From positions 1 through 63,533 of the IMG/VR virus record IMGVR_UViG_3300010157_000065: a stretch of DNA of 63,533 bases. One strand, given 5' to 3'. Position 1 is the stretch's first letter. Every line of letters starts with the position of its first letter. Under the pieces are notes generated by a model. It saw only the letters and a program-made list of their open reading frames with translations, was not told the DNA's origin and did not search any database. This document shows, piece after piece, positions 46,819-57,137 of the stretch. The position numbers and the translations under genes were made by a program. This DNA is from a virus (lineage: Duplodnaviria > Caudoviricetes).

Positions 46819-46983
46819 ATGAGAAACCAAAACAATTTTATTAACCACGTTACAAAACAAATCAATGATTTAACTGATGTAATTATCGAGGAACTATACG
46901 AAGACGAGAGTGATGTACTTCCTGATGCAGTAGATGATTTGACAGAGATTTTGAAACAATTAAAGCAGGATTATGAGCGATAA
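46819..46983 (+). CDS. Small acidic protein, 54 aa, not in ORF track
   Basis: MRNQNNFINHVTKQINDLTDVIIEELYED... Confidence 0.55.
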   Translation: MRNQNNFINHVTKQINDLTDVIIEELYEDESDVLPDAVDDLTEILKQLKQDYER

Positions 46984-48274
46984 GAAAACTAAAAAGTATT
47001 CCAAAGAGTTAGTAAGCAGAGCAACAGAACTTTTAAAAGAAGGTTTTAATATTACAAAAGCATCTGAAATAGTATGTGAAGAGTTTGAGATTAAATATAA
47101 TGATACTGTTAGAAGATCTATATCAAAAACATTACAAAGAAATAAAGTAGATAATGATTTAGAGAATGAAACAACTACTGATACAAGTCAGTACAAGTCA
47201 GATTTATCTAGTATGCCATCAGCATGGTCTTCAGAAAATAAAAGATTTTATTCTATTGAAGAATATTGTGATGTATATGGATTAGATAAAAACTCAGTTA
47301 AGAGTTCTAAATTAGTTAGTCATAATGCTTCACACATGGTTTACAACATAGCTTTCTTTACAGATGAGGAAGAAGCAGTTATAGAGGTAGGTGAAAATTT
47401 AGAGGAGATTATACGGAAGTATATAAATCCAATTGAAGTTGAAACATCATCTATTGGAGTGTCAGAATACTTTGATAGACTTGTTTATACAGATACACAT
47501 ATAGCTATGAATGTTCAAGGTAAAGACGGAGATCCTTTATATGATGGAAAATGGGATGAAGAAGAAGTTTTAGGTAGGCTTTCAAGTATGATAGCTCACA
47601 TCAAAACATTTAAGTCATCTAATTTTTTAATCATTGATGATTTAGGAGATTTCATGGATGGTCTAGGAGGACAGACAACAAGAAAAGGACACGAGCTTCC
47701 TCAAAATATGAATGATAAAGAAGCATTTGATTTGGCATTAAAATTTAAAATAGCATTAGTAGATGCATTGGTTTTAGAGTATGATGAAATAATATGTAAT
47801 AATATTACTAATGATAATCATAGTGGTGTATTCTCTTATTTTGTTTCTTCTGCTGTTAAGGGTATTTTAGAGCAAAGGTATCCTGGAAAAGTTAAGGTTA
47901 ATTCTGTTAAAAAATTCATGCACCATTATTCTGTTCACAATCATACGTTTGTAATTTCTCATGGTAAAGACATAGGAGAAAACAAGTTTGGATTTAAACC
48001 AAAACTAGACGCTATACAAGCTGAAAAAATTGATCAATACTGCAAAGAACATAAGTTATACAATGGAAACTTTATAGAGTTCTCTAAAGGAGATAGTCAT
48101 CAAGCAATTTATGATGATACCACAAGTAATGATTTTAGTTATTATAATTACCCTGCATTTTCACCTCCATCAAACTGGGTTAAGACAAACTTTAAGAATA
48201 GCAAATCAGGGTTTAATTTCTTTAACATAAGTAAAGATAGTAACATTAAAATATCAATACCTTATTGGTTTTAA
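46973..48274 (+). CDS. Metallophosphoesterase-like protein with N-terminal HTH
   Basis: TDTH, LGDFMDG, NDNH, SHG, GDSH motifs. Confidence 0.8.
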   Translation: MSDKKTKKYSKELVSRATELLKEGFNITKASEIVCEEFEIKYNDTVRRSISKTLQRNKVDNDLENETTTDTSQYKSDLSSMPSAWSSENKRFYSIEEYCDVYGLDKNSVKSSKLVSHNASHMVYNIAFFTDEEEAVIEVGENLEEIIRKYINPIEVETSSIGVSEYFDRLVYTDTHIAMNVQGKDGDPLYDGKWDEEEVLGRLSSMIAHIKTFKSSNFLIIDDLGDFMDGLGGQTTRKGHELPQNMNDKEAFDLALKFKIALVDALVLEYDEIICNNITNDNHSGVFSYFVSSAVKGILEQRYPGKVKVNSVKKFMHHYSVHNHTFVISHGKDIGENKFGFKPKLDAIQAEKIDQYCKEHKLYNGNFIEFSKGDSHQAIYDDTTSNDFSYYNYPAFSPPSNWVKTNFKNSKSGFNFFNISKDSNIKISIPYWF

Positions 48275-48280
48275 AATATT

Positions 48281-49144
48281 ATGGGTAAAATTTGGACACA
48301 AGAAGAAATACAGTTTTTAAGGGATAATTATCCTAATAAAGGAAGTAATTATTGTTCAACGTATTTAAACAGAAAAGTAAGCTCAATTCACTCTAAGTGT
48401 AGTTTATTAAGAATAGGTTTAAGTAAAGAATGTTTGTTTTTATCTAACAAAGAAACTCAGAAAAAGATAAACGATAAAAGACCTAATTCAGATTTTAATG
48501 TAAACATAGATCAGTTCTTAAATATTGAATCTCCAGATGTGGCTTATTTTTTAGGTTACTTATGGGCTGATGGATATATAGTAAGACAAGAAATTAGATT
48601 AAGTATCTTGACTTCAGATATGGATGTAATTAAACCTGTACTTAATAGAATTGGTAAGTGGAACTATAATGAAAGACAAAGAGAGAATAGAAAACCAATA
48701 TGCACAGCCATTACTAATAATAGAAAATTAGTTGATTTTTTAAAGGATAATGATTTTAAAATAAAGTCAGGTGCTTCAGCAGATAAAATATTAAGTAAAA
48801 TAAATGATTCTATAAAACACTATTTTTTTAGAGGGCTTATTGATGGTGATGGTTATATAAGAGAAAGAGGTTTGTCTATAAGTTCTAACTACATACAAGA
48901 TTGGAGTTACGTAACTAATGTAGCTGACGAGTTGAAAATAAAAAGCTATATATATAGAATTATTAGTGGAAAAAATAAATACTCTGCTTTAGAAATGAAC
49001 GGTGTTAATGGGTTATTGTTTGGAGATTATATCTACAAAGGTATAGATAAAGACAATATAGGACTAAAAAGAAAACATTTAAAATACTTAATATTAAAGA
49101 GTAGGGTGGATAATGGAAGAAAAAATAAAAAAGAAAAACTATGA
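48281..49144 (+). CDS. Free-standing LAGLIDADG endonuclease
   Basis: AYFLGYLWADG and FFRGLIDGDG; N-terminal WTQEEIQFLRDNYP. Confidence 0.88.
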   Translation: MGKIWTQEEIQFLRDNYPNKGSNYCSTYLNRKVSSIHSKCSLLRIGLSKECLFLSNKETQKKINDKRPNSDFNVNIDQFLNIESPDVAYFLGYLWADGYIVRQEIRLSILTSDMDVIKPVLNRIGKWNYNERQRENRKPICTAITNNRKLVDFLKDNDFKIKSGASADKILSKINDSIKHYFFRGLIDGDGYIRERGLSISSNYIQDWSYVTNVADELKIKSYIYRIISGKNKYSALEMNGVNGLLFGDYIYKGIDKDNIGLKRKHLKYLILKSRVDNGRKNKKEKL

Positions 49145-49273
49145 AAACACACACACAAAGTCCATTACAAAGAATAAAGAGAGTGATGGACTACTATTAC
49201 AAGCAAGGGCACAACTCAGAGAGAGTTAATAAAGTCTACAGAAATATAATTATAAACAGATTAAATAAAAAAA

Positions 49274-49786
49274 ATGTACACAATTAATCAAATAAAAGAA
49301 GATGTATCTGAGTTTTTTAATTTAGATTTGTCTTCTAAAACAAGAGACGCTAAACATTTCAGAGCTCGCTCAGTTTTCTATAAGCTATGTTTTAATTTAT
49401 ACTATAACCCAACCTATCAAGCAGTAGGAGAAGCTGTAAATAGAGACCATTCAACCGTTATTCACTCTATGAGAAATTGGGATAACAATCTAAGGTATGA
49501 CTCTAATATGAAGAAAGCTTATGAGGTATTACTTAATAAATATAAGAATTATGGGGATATGAGTTTCTCAAAGATACTTAAAGAGATTAACAAAAAAGAA
49601 GAGGAAGTCAATAGATTAAATAATGAAGTAGATTTTTTAAAAAATAAAAGTAATGATTCTGGATTTGAAGAAATAAATTGTCTAAAAGGATTATTACAAA
49701 ACTTAGATTACGATGAGCAAGTTCTGTTAAGGTTTAAATTACAAGCAGTGTACGAATTAAATAAAGGGAAGGTAAAAATTAAATAA
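49274..49786 (+). CDS. DnaA domain-IV-like HTH protein
   Basis: SKTRD...RARS...VGEAVNRDHSTVIHS. Confidence 0.8.
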   Translation: MYTINQIKEDVSEFFNLDLSSKTRDAKHFRARSVFYKLCFNLYYNPTYQAVGEAVNRDHSTVIHSMRNWDNNLRYDSNMKKAYEVLLNKYKNYGDMSFSKILKEINKKEEEVNRLNNEVDFLKNKSNDSGFEEINCLKGLLQNLDYDEQVLLRFKLQAVYELNKGKVKIK

Positions 49787-49814
49787 AACAAAAGAAAAGA
49801 AAAGAAAAGAAATT

Positions 49815-50102
49815 ATGAAATTAAAAAAAGATTTACAAGTAAACATGAGCTGGGATAATAACAAGGGATACTACAATGGATTGGTATCTAACTTCCCTCT
49901 TTCAAATGGTCTTAAAGCTGATTTTAATCTAAGAGTAGCTTGTGTTGAGAATGTGTACAGAAATGCTGATGACTATGATATGCTAAGGATTGATGTAGAA
50001 GATCTAAAAGTATTCACTCACACCAATGATTACATTCAATTTAAAGGAGGACAAGAGAGAGAATTAATTAATAGTATTCAAACTAGAGTAACATGGGGAT
50101 AG
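49815..50102 (+). CDS. Hypothetical protein
   Basis: 95 aa ORF. Confidence 0.6.
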   Translation: MKLKKDLQVNMSWDNNKGYYNGLVSNFPLSNGLKADFNLRVACVENVYRNADDYDMLRIDVEDLKVFTHTNDYIQFKGGQERELINSIQTRVTWG

Positions 50103-50470
50103 CTATAGAAAAATATATAGATGGGGATAATAGAGGTAAAGAAAACTTGGTATTTACCTTATATATGTCAAACCCTCCAATAAATAATTTTAAAGACTAC
50201 GTTATTCTAAGTGGAGATTTATACAGACACAGTAATGTTTCTGATTGCATAACCACCTATGCTTATATGAATACTGATATGTACCTTGATTTAATCCTAG
50301 ATAAAATAAAATATAAAGACCAAGAAGGAGATTTTATATTTACATCTGGAGTAATAGGAAATTTTAAAAAACTATCAAAGCCTGAGCGTAAAAAAAATAT
50401 CTACTTAGAAAGCGGAATACTAGGAATACACAAAAAAGAAGAGTTTAAAGTTATAAAAGAAGTAATATGA
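50093..50470 (+). CDS. Hypothetical protein
   Basis: 125 aa, overlapping neighbours. Confidence 0.6.
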   Translation: MGIAIEKYIDGDNRGKENLVFTLYMSNPPINNFKDYVILSGDLYRHSNVSDCITTYAYMNTDMYLDLILDKIKYKDQEGDFIFTSGVIGNFKKLSKPERKKNIYLESGILGIHKKEEFKVIKEVI

Positions 50471-50871
50471 CACACATAAAAAAAAGGTTTTTAGATGAGT
50501 TTATAAATGATATTGAGGTTAATGAACCAAAAGTTATCTCAGATTCTATAGTAGATAATGTAATACAAAGCTTTAGGGAGCGTTCTAACGTAGGAATTAA
50601 GAAATATGGTGTAACGCTAGACAGAGAAGATTTAAGTCCTTTAGAATGGATCTCTCACCTCCAACAAGAATTACAAGATGCTATCCTTTATGCGGAGAAG
50701 TTAAAGGGGGATTTGGCTGAGGATAGTGAAAGTAAAACCTCTTACCATTTACTAAAAGTAGAGGAGGTTAATATTAAATCTAATTTCGGACACTCTATTC
50801 ATAGAAACTTCAATCAGGTTTGTCTTGAGTATTCTTTAGATGGTAAAGTAGTAACATTAAATATAACATAA
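50467..50871 (+). CDS. All-alpha NTP-pyrophosphohydrolase-like protein
   Basis: RSNVGIKKYGVTLDR.DL...W..H.QQEL.DAILY. Confidence 0.65.
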   Translation: MTHIKKRFLDEFINDIEVNEPKVISDSIVDNVIQSFRERSNVGIKKYGVTLDREDLSPLEWISHLQQELQDAILYAEKLKGDLAEDSESKTSYHLLKVEEVNIKSNFGHSIHRNFNQVCLEYSLDGKVVTLNIT

Positions 50872-50880
50872 GAAAAAAAA

Positions 50881-51303
50881 ATGAGGAAAGAAATAAATAA
50901 TTTAATTGAATTTAACGAGGCGTTTGAAATTAAGTTTCCATCGTCTCCTTTGTTAGTAGATGCTAAGACACAAGAGTTAAGAGTTAATCTATTGTTAGAG
51001 GAATTGGAAGAGTATAGAGTAGCAAATACTAGGGGAGATATTACTGAGGTATTAGATGCTATTGGAGATATGCTTTATATAGTGATAGGTACAGCAGTTC
51101 AACACGGTATGCAGAATATAGTTGAGGAAGCTTTTAGAATTATTCATTCTTCTAATATGAGTAAGCTAGATAAAGATGGGAGACCAATTATTAATGGAGA
51201 CCAAACTTATGATGGTAGAAAGCCTATAGGTAAGGTTTTAAAGAGTGATATGTACTGGAGTCCTACAGAGAAATTAAATAACTTAATATGTAAACAAGGA
51301 TAG
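50881..51303 (+). CDS. MazG/PRA-PH-like nucleoside triphosphate pyrophosphohydrolase
   Basis: LLEELEEY...EVLDAIGDMLY...IHSSNMSK...GKVLK. Confidence 0.85.
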   Translation: MRKEINNLIEFNEAFEIKFPSSPLLVDAKTQELRVNLLLEELEEYRVANTRGDITEVLDAIGDMLYIVIGTAVQHGMQNIVEEAFRIIHSSNMSKLDKDGRPIINGDQTYDGRKPIGKVLKSDMYWSPTEKLNNLICKQG

Positions 51304-51401
51304 GTTATGAAATATTTATTGTTAATAGTAGCTTATGAGATGATAAGGGATAAGGCAATATGGCTTTGGTATTATTTAATTAAAAAAGGAGGAGGAGAGT
51401 A

Positions 51402-51647
51402 ATGAAAGCAAAATTAATATTTGACACGACAGACCCAGACGACAGACAAGAGTTTTTAAGATGTAGCAAATCACTCGATATGTCATTAGCATTATGGGAT
51501 GTAATGCACCTAAGAAAGAAGTTAGCGACAAGATACGAGGTTGAAAACAATTCAAATAATGATGTGTTTGATGGAATAGATGGTTTTGCTGATGAGGTCT
51601 TAGAAATCCTAGACAAATATAATATTAACTTAGATGAATTAGTGTAA
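51402..51647 (+). CDS. Hypothetical protein
   Basis: MKAKL.FD...DD..EF..C.K..DM..ALW motif. Confidence 0.7.
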   Translation: MKAKLIFDTTDPDDRQEFLRCSKSLDMSLALWDVMHLRKKLATRYEVENNSNNDVFDGIDGFADEVLEILDKYNINLDELV

Positions 51648-51684
51648 CAATGGAAAACAAAATTAATGTAACTATAGAATAATT

Positions 51685-52266
51685 ATGAAAAATAAAGTAA
51701 AATATTTTATTAAAGGTTTTGATTACCTAAGAGTATATAACTCTCCTTTTAAACCACCAAAGATTAAGTTGTATTTTGGGAAGGTAGCTATAGGAACTCC
51801 AATATTCTTCCCTAGAAAGTGGGTTAAATTCACCCAAGTAGATAGAGTAGAAGCTGCAATAAAAAATATAAATGACCCTAAAAAAGTAGTGAAGAGTTTT
51901 AATGAATGGTACGAACACTATAAAGGATATTCTAAGGCAATCCCTAAAAAGATAGGTTTTGATTTTGTAAGTCTTGGATGGAAAACCAAATACGATAGCT
52001 ATAGACACGAATGGAATCCCTTAATTAGTTTTGTATTCTTTAAGTGGCAGATAGCTTTAATGTTTATTCCTGAACACGATATGCACTATTGGGAATCCTG
52101 GTTATACTATACAAGAGAGACGGATAAATCCGCCCCTATAGCTGAAAGAATAGCTCAATGTCGGAAAGAAGCACCACAGACTTGGAGTAGAATGACAAAT
52201 CCTATAGGCACAAAAGAAACCATAGATTATTATGAATTAATTTTAAAAGATAAATACAATGGCTGA
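51685..52266 (+). CDS. Trp-rich hypothetical protein
   Basis: SPFKPPK, GTP.FFPR.W, LGWKTK, YWESWL. Confidence 0.7.
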   Translation: MKNKVKYFIKGFDYLRVYNSPFKPPKIKLYFGKVAIGTPIFFPRKWVKFTQVDRVEAAIKNINDPKKVVKSFNEWYEHYKGYSKAIPKKIGFDFVSLGWKTKYDSYRHEWNPLISFVFFKWQIALMFIPEHDMHYWESWLYYTRETDKSAPIAERIAQCRKEAPQTWSRMTNPIGTKETIDYYELILKDKYNG

Positions 52267-52585
52267 TATTTCAATGTGTGAAAACATCACTTGCCCTTCA
52301 AAAGAATATTGTTATAGATACACAGCAACTCCAAATGAGTTCAGACAGTCTTATGGAGTATTTACTCTTGAAGAAGATGAGATTAATTGCAGCCACTTTT
52401 ATCCTAATGGAAAAGACTCTAACAAGTGTAAACTAAGAGGCGTTAAACGCGATGGGGAGATATGTAATTTAGATTACTGTACTTACCCAAAATGTGTTCA
52501 AGATAGTTACTGCCCTAAATGTCATAAGATAGATGGAGAACACAAGATGAGCTGTGAAACAAGAAAGGTAACTATTTTGTTGTAA
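52259..52585 (+). CDS. Small Cys-rich (Zn-binding) protein
   Basis: MADISMC....CP....CYRYTA plus further CxxC motifs. Confidence 0.7.
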   Translation: MADISMCENITCPSKEYCYRYTATPNEFRQSYGVFTLEEDEINCSHFYPNGKDSNKCKLRGVKRDGEICNLDYCTYPKCVQDSYCPKCHKIDGEHKMSCETRKVTILL

Positions 52586-52594
52586 CTTTGCCTT

Positions 52595-53041
52595 ATGGGA
52601 AAGAATATATCAAGAGCAATTAAGACCACATACAAAGGAAAGAAATTCCAAAGCAGATTAGAACAACACCTATTTCAGTTGTTTGATGATGCTGGGGTAA
52701 AGATTAAGTATGAGGAAGAAGTGTTCACAATCATAGATAAATTTCATTTCCCTAATGCTTCTTATGAGAAAACCATTAATAGTAAAGGTACTCTTATAAA
52801 CAAAGGTGAGAAAACTCACTTAGCAATCAAATACACTCCTGATTTTACATTGGATATTGGTGATTTAAAGGTAGTTATAGAAACAAAAGGATTAGTAACT
52901 GACGTGTACGCAATGAGAATGAAACTATTTAAAAAGTATATAGCAGACAATAATCTAAACTATGTTATATATGTTCCAAGAAACCAAGCACAGAATAAAT
53001 GGGTGTTTGATGAGGTAATGAAATTAATTAAGGTGGTATAG
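52595..53041 (+). CDS. Endonuclease I-like / PD-(D/E)xK resolvase
   Basis: FQSRLE, YE, YTPDF, IETKG. Confidence 0.8.
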   Translation: MGKNISRAIKTTYKGKKFQSRLEQHLFQLFDDAGVKIKYEEEVFTIIDKFHFPNASYEKTINSKGTLINKGEKTHLAIKYTPDFTLDIGDLKVVIETKGLVTDVYAMRMKLFKKYIADNNLNYVIYVPRNQAQNKWVFDEVMKLIKVV

Positions 53042-53078
53042 GCGCAAAACTTCTTCCCTTTTCAATAGAACGCAAATT

Positions 53079-53113
53079 AAAAGCCACCAAATGACTTAGG
53101 TGGCTTTATTTTT
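53079..53113. terminator. Bidirectional terminator at convergence of the two arms
   Basis: AAAAGCCACC...GGTGGCTTT with A/T runs on both sides. Confidence 0.8.
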
Positions 53114-53117
53114 AGTT

Positions 53118-56100
53118 TTATTTATTTCCTTTAGCCATTAACTTGAAGAATGATGCTACACTTGAATCAGATAATATTTTGTTTTCATTAAGTTCTATGG
53201 CTACACTCACAAGTCTTTCAAACTCTTTATTATCTCCACTATTCTTAGCGTCTCTAAGTTTTGTTAAAATAGCTGGCTCAACATCATCTTTTTTCATCTT
53301 CATATATTTAGAGGCATCTTCACTAAATATCTTATTTCTAATCTTTCTTCTTAGTATAGCTGCTTCTGCTGCTTTATTCATTAAACCATTTAACTCGTCA
53401 TTACTTACCCTCAATTTAGTTCCAAACTCCTTAGTTAATGAAGGGTATATTTTACGCATTTGACTATCAATTTTATTTTCTTGACCTTCAGTTGTTTTCG
53501 ATCCGTACTCTTTAAATAGACTCAAGTACTCATTATACATCCTAGTCTTTACATATCTATACATCTTTCCTTCCAAATCAGATATTTCTTTAGGAGATCC
53601 AGTGCGATAAATCTCTTTTTGGTCTTCAATAGTAGGTATTGATGAAAACTTCTCTTGAGACTTCATTGCATTAACGTCTTTAGCAAAAGGTAATATACCT
53701 GTGCCTTGAGCAGTTTTAATTATTCCTGACTTAACATCTCCTTCACCTGCTTCAATATCTTTCCTAACTTCTTCACTTGCTATTCCTAAAGAACCTGTGT
53801 TACTCATTAAGTAATCAAAACCATTTTTAAAACCTCCTGCATTTGGGTCGTAAGAAGTAAAACCAAATGAACTTGCATTTTTATCGTATGCTCCTTCGTA
53901 TGTTACTCCTTGCATATACTTGTCATTAAGGAACTCAGCACCAATATTAACAGCGTTAGATGCGAAGTTACCTGATGCTCCTGTAACAAAGTTTATAGCA
54001 GCTCCTATTAAATCCCTAACTCCTTGTTTCTCTTCTTTCTCATTATCTTTAAATACAGAGTATCCTAGTGCAGACGCTATTCCTGAGAACAAACCTGCTT
54101 GAACAAACCTTTTAGAAGCTGTGTATGCGTATTGACTTGCAAACTTAGACCCTAAAATACCCACATCTTTTCTGTTTATCTTACCATTTGAAACCATATT
54201 ATCCAAAGCCATATATATTCCTGTTTGCTGTCCAGAATTATGTGCTCTAAGGTTGGAGTTAAAGTGGTTTAAAATCACTTCTGATTGTCCAGCGCTAGGT
54301 TTAGTTTGGTACTTACCAGCTACTACATAAGGATTCTTTGACGAAACTATTTGACTAATATCAACGTCTGCTTGTCTAGTAGCTTTATCTAATTGCTTTC
54401 TAAACTTGTCAATATATTCTACATCTCCATCTGATATTTTCTTGTAATTAGGCTTCTCTCCAGCAAGCTCAGTAAACCTGCTTTCAAACAATCCATAAAA
54501 CAAAGGAACTGCAACTGCTTTATCTGGAGTAGCTAATAAAAAATCCCCAAGTTCTTCTACAGTTTTTTGAGTACCTTCCAACATTGAGTCTCTATATAGC
54601 TTCAATAACAACTTCTTTGCAGGACCATCTAAATTACTACTTCCTTGTATTCTTGTTTCAAAAGGAACATCTGCACCACCTTGTCCTCCTATCTTAGGAA
54701 GTTCAAATATATTATTGGCAAAACGAGCAGCTTGTGGAACTTTTAATTCATACATTATTTTGTTGTGGTCTGCTCCACTCTTTAATATGTCGTTGTAAGT
54801 CTTAACTCCATAGAAATACTTTTCAGCGTGAGGAAGTGAATTGACTACGTTTCCAAATAATTCGGGAATAGCTTTAGTAATACCAACCAATTTTACCTTA
54901 GTAACTTTACCAGAGAAAAAACCCAAGAGACCTAATCCCATACCTTTAGAATGTATACCAGCTATGGATTTATGTTGTAAAGACTCTATGGTTTGAACAA
55001 CTATCTTTTGTTCTTCGGTAAGTGTAGGGTCTTTAAGTAGTGATTTTATTAATGCTTGGTCTCTCCTAGTTCTATCTAGTAAATGGTATCTTGTAGAAAC
55101 ATCCTCTAAGTACTTGTGCATCTCCTCTGTTATATCTAAAGATATAGCTTTGTTGCCTCCACCTGTTCCTCCAGTTTTCTCAAGAATATTTCCAGCCTTA
55201 AAGCTAGGCTTAGTAAACTCTAATACCTTATTGTTTATCTCTCTCTCTAAACTCTCTCCTTTACTTATAGTACTACTAAGAGATATTGGTGTATAGTTCT
55301 CTTTTACTTTAAGTACATTACCATCATCATAAAAAGCAGTATCGTAAGCCTTATCTTTTATATCGCTATTGTAGAACTTATCATGTGCTTCTACTATAGC
55401 CTTCTCTGAATCTCCAAAGTTTTTAGAGTTAAAAAAATCTTCAGAATTAAAGTTTAAATCTTTAAATTCATCCACCAATTCTTTAATTACTTTTCTAGTC
55501 TCTTTAGAGTACTTATTATTCTCTCCTTTATCAGAAAAAAACCTATCAGAAAAATACTGATCTACCGATAAATCTTCTTTAGCCCCTGAAGTTTCGTGAA
55601 GTCTTTGTATTACATATAATTTAGCTCTAACTTTTGCTTTAAATATAGCATCAGTATCACTACCGTGAACATCTTGAAGATATTTTTCTATCGGATTTAT
55701 TAATTTCTGTCTAGTGGTTAATATGTATATATCATTTGCTCCAACTTGTTGAGAGCCTTTACCAAAGAATGTACCTGCTAAATCTGTATCCTTAGACCCT
55801 AAAACGGTATCTACTGCGTATTTGTGGTATCTCAATAATTGATTGCTTAAACCGCTTCTTTTTAAAGAGTTCTTACTTTTAATTAAAGAGTTGAAAATAG
55901 CTTTCATTCTTGAAGATGGAGCTAAGTCTTTAAGTTTTAGTTTAGATTGCTCTAGCGCATTCTTTACCTCTTTAGAGCTATTAAATAATTCTATAGAAGC
56001 ATCTATTGTATTCAAGTTTTTATTTATGAAACCATCTCCTATGTTTAGTAAGTGGTCCTTCATATTATCCAAATCTTTATCAGATAAACTATCTAAGTAT

Positions 56101-57134
56101 TCATCAGATACATTATCTAAAACATTATCAATCCTTGACTTTGTTGATTTATCTAAAACACCTATATTCTTTAAATCTCGTATATCGTTCAAAGAGTTTT
56201 TAATGGTTTCTTTTCTCTCGTCTTTTTCTTCTTTAGTAAATGGTTCTTTAGTAGCTCTATTGTTCTTCACATCTACAGAGTTTTTAAAGAAATCCTCATT
56301 GTCTAACAAGTAACTCTCCTCTTCTTTAGATATATTTCCCTCTGAACGCATCTTATCTACAACACTATCAAAACCCTCTGCTTTTAATTCCTCAAAGTCA
56401 TTTAAGAATTGGTCTACCCTTTGTTTTAAATCAACATCTTTAACATTTCTATTCTCATAAGATGCAATTACGTTATTAGCATCAGCTACAAGAGCGTTAA
56501 CGCCTTCTCCTGACATTTTTCCGCTAGATAACTTATCTACTATCTCCTCGTATTTTGGTAGGTATTCAGAAGGTATTCTATCTGGGTTAAGAGATAACAT
56601 TCTTTTAAAAGAGTTTACACTATAAGTGTCTTTGACAACACCTGCTTTTGACAACCTGGTTATTGCTTTACTTCTAGCCTTATTAGAATTGGCTACCTTT
56701 TCTTTGTAGTCAGCAGTATCAAATACTTTATCAACGTGTTCAACAAATTCTGAGATAGCTTTGTTCACGTCTCTTTCTGAACTAATCCTTCCTAGTTTAG
56801 ATATTATAGACTTGTATTGAGCATTGGTTATTTCTTTCTTACCAAGACTTTCTTTGAATATTTTTATAGCGTTTGTTACTCCATCTTTAATGGTTCTCTT
56901 GGTTTCCTTAGCCTTTTCTCCATATGCTTTGTCAGATGCTTTTAATGCTTCTGTACTAGCCTTAAAAACGTCTAAAACTTGACCCTTTAGGTCTTTAACT
57001 TGTTGCTTTAAATCTTCTTTGTAGTCAGCTTCTAATACCCTTCTACCCTCTTCTTTGTTTAGGTATTTTTTGAAAGCAGCATCACTTTTGAAAAATTTAC
57101 CATTATAATTCCAACCATCGCAAGGATTCGCCAT
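53118..57134 (-). CDS. Large internal virion / ejection protein, 1338 aa
   Basis: Helical; last gene of the ejection operon; no catalytic motif recognised. Confidence 0.6.
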   Translation of the reverse strand: MANPCDGWNYNGKFFKSDAAFKKYLNKEEGRRVLEADYKEDLKQQVKDLKGQVLDVFKASTEALKASDKAYGEKAKETKRTIKDGVTNAIKIFKESLGKKEITNAQYKSIISKLGRISSERDVNKAISEFVEHVDKVFDTADYKEKVANSNKARSKAITRLSKAGVVKDTYSVNSFKRMLSLNPDRIPSEYLPKYEEIVDKLSSGKMSGEGVNALVADANNVIASYENRNVKDVDLKQRVDQFLNDFEELKAEGFDSVVDKMRSEGNISKEEESYLLDNEDFFKNSVDVKNNRATKEPFTKEEKDERKETIKNSLNDIRDLKNIGVLDKSTKSRIDNVLDNVSDEYLDSLSDKDLDNMKDHLLNIGDGFINKNLNTIDASIELFNSSKEVKNALEQSKLKLKDLAPSSRMKAIFNSLIKSKNSLKRSGLSNQLLRYHKYAVDTVLGSKDTDLAGTFFGKGSQQVGANDIYILTTRQKLINPIEKYLQDVHGSDTDAIFKAKVRAKLYVIQRLHETSGAKEDLSVDQYFSDRFFSDKGENNKYSKETRKVIKELVDEFKDLNFNSEDFFNSKNFGDSEKAIVEAHDKFYNSDIKDKAYDTAFYDDGNVLKVKENYTPISLSSTISKGESLEREINNKVLEFTKPSFKAGNILEKTGGTGGGNKAISLDITEEMHKYLEDVSTRYHLLDRTRRDQALIKSLLKDPTLTEEQKIVVQTIESLQHKSIAGIHSKGMGLGLLGFFSGKVTKVKLVGITKAIPELFGNVVNSLPHAEKYFYGVKTYNDILKSGADHNKIMYELKVPQAARFANNIFELPKIGGQGGADVPFETRIQGSSNLDGPAKKLLLKLYRDSMLEGTQKTVEELGDFLLATPDKAVAVPLFYGLFESRFTELAGEKPNYKKISDGDVEYIDKFRKQLDKATRQADVDISQIVSSKNPYVVAGKYQTKPSAGQSEVILNHFNSNLRAHNSGQQTGIYMALDNMVSNGKINRKDVGILGSKFASQYAYTASKRFVQAGLFSGIASALGYSVFKDNEKEEKQGVRDLIGAAINFVTGASGNFASNAVNIGAEFLNDKYMQGVTYEGAYDKNASSFGFTSYDPNAGGFKNGFDYLMSNTGSLGIASEEVRKDIEAGEGDVKSGIIKTAQGTGILPFAKDVNAMKSQEKFSSIPTIEDQKEIYRTGSPKEISDLEGKMYRYVKTRMYNEYLSLFKEYGSKTTEGQENKIDSQMRKIYPSLTKEFGTKLRVSNDELNGLMNKAAEAAILRRKIRNKIFSEDASKYMKMKKDDVEPAILTKLRDAKNSGDNKEFERLVSVAIELNENKILSDSSVASFFKLMAKGNK

Positions 57135-57137
57135 AAT

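Noticed and set aside
48281-49144. Intein or group I intron hosting the LAGLIDADG
   Set aside because: Own ATG and stop, no Hint motifs, flanking genes complete with minimal spacers
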